A model generated the notes under the pieces. The model was not told the origin of the DNA. It saw only the letters and a list, made by a program, of their open reading frames with translations, and did no database searches. Below are positions 28,301 to 40,778 of a stretch of 64,000 bases of DNA, in pieces (position 1 is the stretch's first letter; each line of letters opens with the position of its first letter). A program made the translations under genes and the position numbers. The stretch comes from Dimorphilus gyrociliatus (lineage: Eukaryota; Animalia; Annelida): contig CAJFCJ010000024.1 of assembly GCA_904063045.1 (NCBI GenBank), forward strand, positions 801,777 through 865,776. Reading direction: 5' to 3'.

Positions 28301-31300
28301 GAAATAGATAAAATATCTTATTTACAAAAAGAAGATGACACTATTTTGGCTAATAAAAGTAAAGAAGTGGAAGAAAAACTTTTAGAAGTTGATCAGTTAA
28401 AATTTAATTTACAGATGAAAGATGAAAGTTTAATTGAATTACAACAAGAGCTAAATCAAATAAAGGATAACAAATCTGATGAACTCGCTAAAGCTGAAGA
28501 ATCCTTACACGAGGTTAAATCTATGTTGGAAATATCTGAAAAAATGAAAGATGACCTTAATAATCAACTTTTAGAATTACAAAATATCAATAAAGAAAAA
28601 GAGGAATTAATTGATAAGCTAACGGTAGAGCTGGACGCTGCTAAAGCGTCTACAATCGGCCTTGGAGCCGGTGACGTTTCCAATGTTCAAGAGTTACAAT
28701 CGCAAGTTTTACATTTAAAGGAACATTTAGAAATTAAAGAAATTAGTATCGAGTCTCTGGCAAAAGACCTGGAGTTGTCTACTAATAAGGTAAAGGAATT
28801 GCAAGAACAATTGGATTGTTCCATTAGCGAATCCGATAATAAACTAAAAGAAATTGAAAACGAATTAAAGGCTGAAAGAACCAAAGTAGATTTCTTAGAA
28901 AACGAGAAAAATAATGCTTTAGATACAATAAAAAACTTAAATGAAGAATTTAACGATTTAAAATTATCCTCTCACTCTGCAGAAGAAGAAGCGAAGTCTC
29001 AGTTGGAGGATCTTCAAGAAGAAAATTCCCAACTTAAAAATGAGAAAGTCTTACTTCATGAAAATATCAATAATCTCACAAAGGATCTTGAAGAATTTAG
29101 AGCCCAATTAGTAAAGAAAGACGATTCTCAGATAAAATATGAAAGTTATGTAGATATTGAAAATTTACAAAAAGAAAAATCTGAACTATTAACAAAAGTA
29201 CAAGATTTAACCAAAGAAATTGAATCAGTTAAAGAGGAGTTGGATTCGCTTAAGAAGGACAAAACTGAAGACGTTGAAAAGTCCAAATCGGAAAAGACTT
29301 TGGAATTGGAAGACGTTAGAGAAGCGTTACGGGAGGCAAATGAAGAGATAAAACGATTAAAGCTATCAAATAACAAAGAATTATTAAGAATAAATGAAGT
29401 CAATAAAGATCTACAAAGAGAAATTGAAGAATTAAAAATTTGCCACGAACAAGAGCTTTTAGAGTCAAAACTTCGATTGGAAGAAACTGAGAAATTTCTA
29501 GAAGATTTAAGGAATGGAAAAGAGAATGAGAAAGAAGTTGTTCAATCTCTTTCAGACGAAATAGAGGAAACAGTAGCTTTAGATGCACAAATTCAAAGTT
29601 GTCTTGGTACGGAACATGATCAGAACACGGTCAAAGTTAATTTCGAAGAAGACGAAGATTTAGACGAAAAGTTACAGCAAGTTTTAGGCAAATTAATATC
29701 GAAATCTGTCAAAGTGTTAACATTGTCAGAAATAGAATTTATTTCTAAACAAAATGCAGATTCTGTAGTAAATGGGATGATGCATATGGAGGCAAAGGAG
29801 GATACTTTCGAAAACGAGGTGGAACCTTTCATCGATTCTATTAAAAATTTGAGCATAACTTTAGAAAATTTAAAATCTGATGAGGTTAGTATTCCTTAAT
29901 GATTTATTTATCTAATTAATTAATTAATCCATTTTATATTAGCAGTTAGAAAATGATTGGCGACAAGATTTAATACGTTCAGTTTATGACGTCTTAATTC
30001 AAGATCGCAATATATTACGTACAGAGATATTAAAATTAGATGGAAATGCAGATTTAACCCTTATCGAAAGGAAAATAAATGGAATTGCAGCCGCTCATGA
30101 GAGAGCTTTAAATGAATTACATTCAATTGATAGAAAAACGCTTTTAGATGAGATAAGAAGTCTAAAATCGAAATCTTCTAATTTTGAAGATAGAGAAAGA
30201 CAGGAGTTTACGAGAGAAATTGGACATTTAAAACGTCAACGTTCGTATATGTTTATATACTAATATACAAATATATAAATATTTATTATTCATCCTTTGC
30301 AGTCAAACTATCTGAGTATAAAATTGAGCAAGAAAAAGTACAATCTGAAGAAATAAGATCGTTGTTAGAAGAAGAAAAATCTAAATCTAGACAAACTAAT
30401 GTTCAATTATTTTCAACACAAACTGAATTATCTGATTTAAAATTAGAAATTAATGGAAATAGAAATGAATTAGCTAATCTGCAAGATACTCTTGAAATTG
30501 AACAAGGAAGAGTTATGACAGCTACGTAAGTTTATTTAAGTGATTTCTTTACTTTGTTTTATTCTTTGATTATTCTTCTTTCTTTCTTTGTATCTTTTCT
30601 TATGTTAAATAAAACATTACAGTATACTTTCTATATACATATATCTTCTAACAATTATAATATATTCATTTATAATATCTTAGATCTGTCTTGGAACAAA
30701 TGCTGTAAGTTTATAATCACATAACTCATTATGCACATAGTTTGTTAAGTATTATGTTATAGGGATAGAGCATCACACGATACAAAAGATTTATATTTAT
30801 CATATTCTATTTTCAAATATTGTAGATAATCATCTTTCTCTTTTTACTTATTTCTGTTTTAGTAAACATGCACTTGTATGGAAAATATATATATATATAT
30901 ATATGGATGCTATTACTCATTTCTTTGTTTTACTATGATTTATTGTTCATAGAACACGTCTGTAAAAGATACGAAAATTCATTTTGAATTATGATTATTT
31001 TAAATGGTACAGAAATTCATTGGAAAATGAGAGGAGAAAGATAGCAGAACTTCAATCGTCTCTAGCTGTTGAAAAAAGTAACGCTGATAGAATTCAGCAA
31101 GAACTTTTAGCCGAAAGACAAAATTCTAAAAGGGAAAATGATCGTCTAACGTTAAGTCTACAAAGTAAACAAGCGGATTTAGATAAAGAAAAGGAAAGGC
31201 GTCTAGAAGCGCAGAATAACTTTGATAGGGAGAGAACGATGGTATCCGCCTTACGAAGAGATGTTGAAGCGGAAAGAGATCAGAGTAAGACAATTCAACA

Positions 31301-32876
31301 TCGTCTAAGAGCTCAGTTAAACGATGCTAAACGGACTATTGAAGAATTAAAAGATTCCCTGTCTGAAAGTCAATCTTCGTTAAGAAAAGAGAAAAATGTG
31401 GTAGTTCAATTTAAAGAATCCCTTGAACAGGAAAGGTCAAATAGAAAGAAATTTTCTGATAGGGAGCGATCCGTAGTAAATGAATTAAGATCAGCTTTAG
31501 AGATAGAAGAATCAAAGGTCTCATTTATAGTTAATTTAAATTTTTATGTTTATTTATGCTTGTTCATTGTAAATATCCTTAATGTGGAATCGTTTATCAG
31601 GTCGACAAATTACAAAAGAGAATTACGGATTTTCACGATAAGAGCTACGATCATGATCTTGCCAAGCAATTGAAAATTGCAGAAGATGAACTGTTAACGA
31701 GGCCAACGCTCGCTGAAGTACAAAGACTACAGCAAAGAATAGATGAACTAGAAAAACAACCTCCCGAGCCATATCGAAGATGCCTTAAAACAACAAAAGA
31801 TCAGATTACGGATCTTGTCAATAGGAGTGAGCTGTCAACTGATCCAAATGTTCGAAACATAGCTCAAGATCTTATGGATATTCTACAAGATTTACAAGCG
31901 ATAGAAGCAGACGTTCATGGCTTAGGTACCTATAGTGATATAAATGAATCCTCTGTGATTGGAGCTAGTGAAGCCACAACAAGACTAATTAGGGAGTTAA
32001 AAGATGAAATGAAACGGATGAAAATAGCGGTTTGTATAAAAAATTGGTCAATTCATTACATTTATATGTCTTTTGAATAACAATTGACTATTTAAGGTAA
32101 TGGATAAAGATGAAGAATTACAAGCTTTTAAGAGGAAATATCGAAGTCATGTGACTGATACGGAAAGATCAAAGTTAGAGAAGGAAATATACGAGTTAAA
32201 AACAGAGCTTCACATAGTGAAGAGGCAATTAAATGAAACTGAATTTGAATTAGATAAATCAAGGAAGAGTGATCCTACAATGTTACGCCAAAAATTAAGA
32301 GACATCCACTCAAAATACCTAAAAGCGGAAAGTCTAAGAAAATCACTAGTTTATCAAAAGAAGTACCTCCTGCTAATGTTAGGAGGTTATCAGGAAACTG
32401 AAGAGCAAACTTTAAGGATATTAGCTAGCATGGGTGGAAGTCCCGATAAAAGAACTCTGTCTTCGAGATACGTTTCTCCATTGCATAGGTTTAAGAGTGC
32501 TGTTTGCGCTGTATGCGCCGTCTGGCGTTTAAAATTTTACGTTAGACATTGGAAAAGAACATCAAAAATAGGTGGACAAGCTTTAACGTCTACGAGTAAT
32601 GGTTATTTATCAGTTAGTAATAGATTGTAAGTGTCTTTAAAAGATATATAATTTAAAACAAGTTTAAATTTCATTTAGTTAAGCAATTTCTCTTATATTA
32701 CTAAATCTTAATATAGCGATGATCTAGAAATACGTTCGTCGTCATCTTCAATTTCAACCTTATCAAATTATCAAGCAGACGAAGAGATGCGTCTCTATTT
32801 AAATAGATTGGAACAACTACAACGTAAATTACAACCATCTTCACAGAAGAGCTTTCTTAGTTACGACTACACATAG
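19306..32876 (+). CDS. AKAP9: Pericentrin/AKAP9 (Plp)-family giant coiled-coil centrosomal scaffold with C-terminal PACT domain, multi-exon
   Basis: Very long E/K/L coiled-coil exons, including the 828-aa open stretch 27413-29899. PACT motif SKYLKAESLRKSLVYQKKYLLLMLGGYQETEEQTLRILASMGG..RFKSAVCAVCAVWRLKFYVRHWKR and terminal YLNRLEQLQRKL. The last exon starts at 32717 and stops with TAG at 32874-32876. The 5' end may extend upstream (see findings). Confidence 0.9.
25814..25890. repeat. Intronic (ATCA)n/(ATCT)n tetranucleotide microsatellite
   Basis: aatcaatcaatcaatcaatc...atctacctacctatatctatctatttatctatctatcta. Confidence 0.8.
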
Positions 32877-33182
32877 GTGGACCAAAAAAAAGGAGCAGAA
32901 GAAAAGCATTAATCTAATAATGATAAATTTAAATCAGTCTGTGATAATCCATTTTCTTGGTGGGTGCTTTTAGCACATAAAATTTAAATCTATACTTTTT
33001 ACTCTTTTGTTTTCTTTTGTCACAAAAACTTAAATAAATATATTATTATTATTACTATTGTTCAAGAACCTAGCTTTTATAGAATATACATTTATACTGA
33101 CACTATTAAACTTTTGAATAAACACATTTCTACTGCATTGTGAATAATGAGTAATAAAAACAAAAAAAAGTGTATTACTTTT

Positions 33183-34565
33183 TCAACTTGAGTTAATTAA
33201 CCTTTGATATCTATTTACAGAATTTTTACCTAAAAGTCTATTTGTTGTTTCCTTTATCGACTTTCGTCTTTCAACTTTCTTTATACTTTTTCTCTTTTCT
33301 AGTTTATCATTTTCCGGTCTATTAAATGGATTTTTTCGTTCATCGTTTGATAAAGATGAGTAAAATAAACTGGTATAGACAATAATTAACATAAATATAA
33401 TTAGAAGAAAGAGTATTAGTAATATTTTATATATTCTGTTATTAGATATTTCATTGTCTTTCATTTCTGTTAAAAAATTGAATTTCTGTTTTTTATCAGC
33501 ATAATCATCAACATCATTTGCTTTTTCTCTTAGCCTAATAATAGATTCTATATGATATCTTGTATCAGAAGTATTCTTATCGTGAACATGTTCCCAATCA
33601 TAAGTAGTAGTTGTAAAGTTGATATTATATTCTTTAGTAGTCAATTTATTATCTAGTGTTCCATTATTTGTAGTCGAATCGTCGCACATATTCTCAAATC
33701 TCTCGTATAAACCATTAAAGTTTACTAACTTTCTTTCTGTATTTATCCGCAATATCCAATTTTCGTGTTCACAAATAAAACAAAGCTTCGTTGCGAAACG
33801 TTTACGAGCCTAAGATTTATTTATTAATATCTATTAAATATATTCGTATAACGTAGTTTAATGAATTAATATTACTTTTTTATTAATACGTTGTTTAATT
33901 AGTTTCAACAGCCAGAACGATTTACAATCGCAAATTGATATTTTAGGTAAAGTAATTTGTCTTATCTTTTCCAGGTTTTCTTTAATATTTATTGAAAAAT
34001 TAACATAATTTAGTTCGTTACTGATGTTAATAGACTTTAAATGGGGTAATTTCAACGCGTTATCAATATTTATAACGTTTCTAAATAATCCAGAAATCTT
34101 AACAGCATGAACGTTTTCTAATCCGATTTTAGTACATTTATTTATGCCAGGTAGGGTATTTAATAACAGTTTATATACTTTTTTAATGCGTAATCCACAT
34201 GGTAGATTTTCATTTAAGCTTAATAAAGTAACGTAGTTGAATGTTACATTCTGAAAAGTAACACTTGAACATCCATCAATATTCATTATTTTAGAATAAT
34301 CAATAGGTTTACGTAGTATTTTTGGTAGTATTAAAAGTTTAGAATTTCCAATAATCGCCTTCTTATCGCAAACTATACGAATATTACGAAATTTTTCATC
34401 ATTATTACCAATATTACAAGGTAAACTATTGAAATCTAATCGTTTTTTAGGGCAAAATATGTTTGTTCTTTGCAAATTACCATTGGATAATTGGCAAGAA
34501 CACCTAAAACCATAGATAGGTGATATATAAACAAATAGAATATATATTAAATTACTATTATTCAT
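33183..34565 (-). CDS. Orphan type-I membrane protein with a degenerate LRR-like ectodomain (2 exons)
   Basis: The ORFs at 33858-34565 and 33183-33752 join through a 66-nt phase-0 intron (33810-33875). Signal peptide, LRRNT-like CSC..C..C, LPHLKSINISN, LRRCT-like ICDCKSFWL, Thr-rich stalk, one TM (ILLILFLLIIFMLIIVYTSLFY) and a short basic tail. Confidence 0.6.
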
Positions 34566-35009
34566 AATTTATTGTTTGTATTGTTATTATTGTTAAAAAT
34601 TTTGAAAAAATTATATTAATATACTTTTTAAAATGAGTTACGATTTAAAAATGAATTTCTTTAATTTTTGTATTCCTTTCCTTAATTCTTTATTGTTAGA
34701 TATAGATATTAGAAAAAGGTTAAACATTTGAATGAAGCATAATTTGGAGGAAATAAGCTTATTAGTAAATAATTAATATTTTAGTAGATTTAAAGAATTT
34801 CTTTAACTTTCCTAGAATAGAACTTTAGTATTCTTCCATTTTTGCAGTATTTTGCTATCAATTTTCCAACAGGATTTTATTTCTTTTTCACACGGGAATT
34901 GATGGGTTGAATAGAGCAGGTCAATAGAGTGAGAGAGAGAATAGAGACGGAGAAATAGAGAGGGTGAAATGGGTAAAGAGGATCAATCGGTAGAGTCTTT
35001 CTATTTTTC

Positions 35010-36413
35010 CTAAATGGATGTAAAATACTCAAGAGCCGATGATACGCAGTCGAAAGTGTTATCTTTTGTCAAGACTATATCGAAAGACTTTTTAAACGTT
35101 TCTAACCTCTTATCAACCTAAAAAAGAAAATATAATTGCAAATTTAAAACTGAAGATTACTTTTAACTAAAAAGATGTTAAATATTCATACTTCATCATT
35201 TAAGAAACCAATAGTTAGCGGCATATAATCTCCTGTTAATGCTCCATCAGCCATTTGTAAATCGCCTAAATGATCACCCATTAAAATAATATTTGGACGA
35301 TGTTCTAGCGTTGAAAAGTAAGATGTTGTTTTCAGAGCTTTTTCCGATTTATTCAATACATGAATAAGCGGTTCCTAGTAAAATAAGGAATAGAAAATAT
35401 AAATACAAATAACAGTGTTAGAAAAACGTACTTCAAAGTCAACAAGAATATCGTTTTTATCCCATTTCATCATATTAGAAACAATTTTAACATTTTTCAG
35501 CAGAATCTCATTTTTCGTTAAAACTTCTTGAATAACATTGCCTATACCAGCGCTGAAAACCAATACTGGTACTTCTAATTCCGATAAACGTCTTATAAAC
35601 TGAGTAGCACCGTCTCTGAAAAGTATAAAAATTAATTTTTGCAATATATTTTTAAAATGAGAGAAATGTTGCTACCTTAGTGTGATATTAGAATTATAAG
35701 CAGCATTTTTTACACTTTCTCTAGTAATATTGTGTTTAATTAGACCTTCATGAGCTTTTGACCACCATTCAATCATAAACGGTGTCTTTTCTTCGGCTGT
35801 CATACTATTATCAATTTCAATTGGATAGTACTTATCACGAAGTTTGTAAGCCTGTACATATTTATTGTTTATTTTAAAAATTATATAAAAAATCTACCTA
35901 TCTATAATACAATACTAACCATATCTCTGTATTCCAAGGGAACGGCATTGCTGTTGTCCATTGCAGCTGGATAACAATATCATTCATTTAAAATAATGTG
36001 GACATGATAAAAGAATGGGAGCAAACAATTTTAAAAATAATACTTTGCTTACCATGGCACGAATCGAATATTTTTCCACTTTCATCTGCGTACTTTGATA
36101 AAGTTCCATCAAAATCGCTTATGACCTACAAAATTAGGTCTAATTTAGTTGAGTGACAAAATGAAAACACTTCATTTTTATATTGGAAAACATTCATCTC
36201 TGATTTGCTCATATTTACCTGTAATTTATCAATACCATCTTTACCGAATCCTTGTAATTTATCAATTACATAACTCTCGTCTTTTATATGAACGTTAGGC
36301 TTTTGCAGAAACGAAAAATCAGACTGCAATATCAGAAAATTGAACACGAGGTTAAAAATACAATAAGATGTTTGATATTATGGCTGATTAAAAGATTTCA
36401 ATAAGCGAACCAT
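35010..36413 (-). CDS. NT5C3: Cytosolic 5'-nucleotidase III (pyrimidine/m7GMP nucleotidase, HAD family), multi-exon
   Basis: HAD motif I ISDFDGTLS, LRDKYYPIEID, EEKTPFMIEWWSKAH, LVFSAGIG, VSNMMKWD, IILMGDHLGDLQMADG, IGFLND and FDIVLTKD. Stop TAG at 35010-35012. Start inferred as exon-terminal ATG at 36411-36413. Confidence 0.92.
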
Positions 36414-36521
36414 TTGTATAAGATAATTGATAGGATAATCTGTTGAATGCGTAAAAAATTTTACTATATCCTCTTGTTATAGTATTTAAATACAAAGATT
36501 AATTTTTGAGTTTTCGAATTA

Positions 36522-36530
36522 CGCCATCTT
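36522..36530 (-). promoter_or_regulatory. YY1-like motif at the NT5C3 5' end
   Basis: CGCCATCTT (minus AAGATGGCG), the canonical YY1 core, about 110 nt upstream of the ATG. Confidence 0.5.
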
Positions 36531-37166
36531 TTTAAAGATATGCGCCTGAAGAGGACACTACTGTAGAAAGGTCAATGTCCGACTATTGTTGTAAATTCTT
36601 GTATTACTTGTCTCTTACTTTCATAAGTCTCACATTCATATATTCATAAGTAAATGTATAAAAGAATGCATTTAAGTCTCTTTTACTTTGCTCCACTTGT
36701 AATAGCCACAAATAGATGAATAAATAATAAACTTACTATTACCTTTACGTTGAATTTCATTATTAGATAAAAAGAAGTATGAGAAGGCAGGGAGAGGAAG
36801 CAAGAGTGAAGCAAAAAGCAGAACAGTGAAAAGAGTGATTTTTCTTCTTTCTCCTAGCTGCTCTATTCGAATATGATTGAAAAAATAAATTTTAGGAAGA
36901 GGGGGAGAGCATATGTTACATATTCAATTCAATAAAATAGATATGATGTTATCTTCATCAATTAACAATATTAACATTAAAATAGAATATTTAAACATTT
37001 GTTAATATTCAATCTTATCTTTATGCTAATTATTCAAGAATGGCAGAGGAAAGAGAATAATCAATTTTTTGAACGCTATTAGTATTATTGTTTATGTATT
37101 TTTATAATATTTCATATGAATTAAAAATTTAGCAGACAGAAATTGAAGAATAAGGAATTTTTATGT

Positions 37167-37944
37167 TTATTTGTTTGAATTTCGTCCTGCACGATGTCTT
37201 TGTTGTTTTACTTTAGAACCGCATTGTGACCAAACTCCATCCTCATCGCAGCACAGGGTATGGCTCCTTGATCCAGTTATGTAGCTGAATGGATAACAAG
37301 CGCCTGGTGTCTGTTTAGGAAGCAAATAATAATGATAGTTATAAACTAGACTATATATAACATACTTGTCCAATTTGTCTATGAAATTCGACTACGCTAT
37401 TTTCAACATATTCGTAATCAGCTCCTTCGACGGTTCTGACACTATTGCAAAGAAATTGACCAACGGTAAAGTTTTCCTATTGCAGTAATATAGAAAATTG
37501 ATTAATTCATTAGGTATATAGCATATTTCAATATGTTGAACTATTTTTGAATACATACTCCGGGATACATAGCATCAATAGCCCACATGGGAGAGCTTTC
37601 ATAATAACGAGCAACTTGAAGACAGTGAAATTCACAGTCAATTTCTCCTACAAATCAATAATGAAATAGGCAATTACTTGAATGTACTCTATGCAAAAAG
37701 AGAATAGAAAATATTTACAGACCTTCATCATTGCAAGTAGTAGTTGTAACATTATCTAAAACTTGAATTGGACCAACAGTTTCTGGGATAACTCCATCGT
37801 GTTCGACGAAAAGACCGCAAAAGCAGCTAAAATATACAAACACGTCAAGTGTAAAGTTAATTATTTGTATAAAAACAAAAGATTTTACTCTTCTGCAGCG
37901 ATGATACCAATTACACTGGCCAAAACGATAAGGAAGAGTTTCAT
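37167..37944 (-). CDS. Secreted 10-Cys protein A (167 aa, 5 exons), follicle cell protein 3C-like cysteine pattern
   Basis: Exons 37889-37944, 37723-37826, 37559-37647, 37366-37476 and 37167-37310 join in frame. Signal peptide MKLFLIVLASVIGIIAA. Pattern CxC..Cx7Cx3C..LC..C..CCx8C. Confidence 0.8.
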
Positions 37945-39340
37945 CTGCAAGAAAAACATAATGTGAAAATAGTTTAATTATTCTTTCATATAATAAATAA
38001 GGTTAGTTTACTTTCGTTACTGTATTTCTAAGTAAGTACAAATAGCGAAATTAAAGTTTTCTTTTATATTGTCTGTTCCGTCAATCAAAGCCTGTTTAAT
38101 ATTCAAATTTTATGTATTTCAAACACCTGTATATGATTAATAAATTTAAAAGTATGTTTGTGTCAGCTGACTTATGAAGGTGAAAGAAATGTCAACTTTG
38201 ATATCACTAATGTGAAAGAGCAACGTGTTTGTCCCAATTTTCAGAAAAACTATATAAATAAATACAGAATTAATTATATTAATGAAAAGTCATAATAGTT
38301 TTAAAGTAATCCTTACAGTTCTTACGAAGACAAGATATCACTTGCAATCAAAACTATTAAAGGAATTTATTAAAAAAAAGAAACATAAGCAAGAAAAATA
38401 GATATGAAAAAAATGTACTTTCTTTTTTCATGGCCAGTGATAAACTAAGTCTACATTAGGCCTATAATTATAAGACTAATGATCTAATTTTAACTTTGTT
38501 TGTATGTAAATTAACCACGAATGATATGATATATTATTTTAAATCAATGAAAAAGATCTTGTAAATCTTAATATTAATAGCTTTATAGTTTATCCTCAAT
38601 AAAAATTACTATAGAATGGTATTGAATAAACTAGATTAAAAAATTGCTTGCTCATCAAAACCATCTAGCTTTGAAAAGTGTCTGGTCTTTATTACCTTGA
38701 CTGATTTTTATAAATATGTTGTTTTTTAAAAAAAACAAATAAAAAGAAATGTTAATCTATTTCTTAAGATATTTTCCATTATTAAATGAAGAAGCGTAGG
38801 GATTAAATGTAAAGGCAAGATTAAAATGACTAAATGTGAAGAGGGAGGGCGGAAGAAGGGATAGGGAGGGAGGGGCATGTAGGTGTGGGTGGAGAAGAGA
38901 AAAGAGAACTATGTGGATAAATATAATGGTTTACAACAGGCTGTTCAGTGAAATAGATAGAAGAAGAAAAAGCCAAAGAGGCAAACAAAGAGAGGCAAAG
39001 GTGGAGAGAATATTTACACTTCTCTTCGAATTCTTTTTTAACATTCTACTATTTAACTAATCATTATCTAGATTATTTGTTGACATACATTTAATTATAA
39101 TTATAACAAATATGTGAATTGTCATGTGTTCGAAAAACAAATTAGGGTCACTAAGGTCACATTAAGGCGGAGACAGCCCATTTTTTGATAAGAGAATTAT
39201 TTATATTGGGGCAAAATTTTATTAAAGTTACATCTTATTCAAAAGTTTTTGGTAAGGCAGACAAAGATCTTCAATTTTTTGAAAATCAGCATTAAACTTA
39301 TTCAATTTTGTATTTTATTAAATTTATAGAGAAAAAAAAT

Positions 39341-40096
39341 ATGTTGGTCTACTTAGCAGCATTGTTCGTTCTCGTCGGCTCATCTTGGGCTCAGTCGAAG
39401 TAAGATATTTCTCTCTTTATATTCTATTATTCTATTTCACATATAAATATACTAATATATGAATACAAATCCTGCAATCTAATTACAGTTGCACCTGTAC
39501 CGCATTCGTTGATCCTAACGGTTTACCACCAGAATATATCGATGTTAATCAATTCGGTGTTGTTGGAAATACTGAATGTGGTGATAGAGGTATGAAAAAG
39601 AAATATTCCCTATTTTGTTTATTGTTTTATTGTGGGAAACTAGCACTTTATCTTTCTTAGGTTTAATTGATTGCGCTAAGTGGTGCAAGGATAAATTTGT
39701 TCCATGGTTCGATAATTTGGATCTTCAAGCCCCAAGACCTAACGTATATTAATTAATCCCTTTTTATGAACTGCAATCAGAAATATATGTAATATTCTTT
39801 TCTTATCTCTATTATTATAGGACAGTCAAAATCGTATTTGGGGTAAATACATGTGCGATCAAATTAGAGCTGGTTTGGGACAAGACTACGATGCTGTAAC
39901 CATCACCGAATACGATGCAAGTATGCGATTGGACTCTTGCGGAGGGTAACATTTTATAACTATTAATAGTAACACACCCTAACGTAATCTATATTATTTA
40001 TAAAATAGACAATGGGAAGATGTCATCACTAAGGATGGATCAAACGGCAAAAAATTATGCTGCGATCAAATTGGAAATCTTGTCAACTGCAATTAA
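39341..40096 (+). CDS. Secreted 10-Cys protein B (151 aa, 5 exons), paralog of protein A
   Basis: Exons 39341-39399, 39489-39589, 39661-39743, 39821-39945 and 40009-40096 join in frame. Signal peptide MLVYLAALFVLVGSSWA. Same cysteine spacing as A, with the shared motif G-x-IDC. Confidence 0.82.
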
Positions 40097-40778
40097 AATT
40101 TATCATTTTTATGCTAATTTTACAATACAATTTAATTAAAAATTACGATATCCTAAGGAAATATATTCATTATTAATAAATTATTAACAATTAATGAAAG
40201 AAAGTAATCTCTATTGTTCTTATAGTTGACAGATATGTATACATTGTTTTGTTTAGCTAACTAATCTCTTTTCTTGTGTATTCTTATCTTTTCTGTGAAA
40301 TAACAGAATTTTAGAGTTGAACAAGACTTTTCTTTACGCCAGAATGTGTGATATATGAATATACAATATAAATGTATATATATATATATATATATATACT
40401 AGAGCTTATAAAGCAGTATTATTACTTCTTTTCCTTAATATACAATATTGAAAAGTTAAACCGACACGTCTTTAGTAATTATCATCCAGTGAGATAAAGG
40501 CTTTAATGAAAGAAAAACCTTTCTTTTGTTCGTCAAATAACTAGTCATGTTTAGGGAACAAACATATGGTTATATCCTGAGGTTAAAATACCAAGAATAG
40601 TTATCTTATTCATTTTCGTACTAAATTTAATTTATAGCTCTTAAAGTCTAATATTTCTTTTATTCTATGTAGAATTATCAATAGTTAAAACACGAATGCT
40701 TCATGGTTTGCTTATCTTAAAGTGATGAATTGTTTTTTTTATTAAAAAAGAGCCTCTATTTTTATTTCTAGCCATTTT

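Noticed and set aside
21490-29856. Minus-strand ORFs within the PACT gene (e.g. 21490-21783, 24108-24302, 27273-27527, 28108-28290, 28687-28884, 29146-29403, 29400-29588, 29620-29856)
   Set aside because: Antisense shadows of GAA/AAA-rich coiled-coil coding sequence, giving S/F/L-rich peptides with no motifs.
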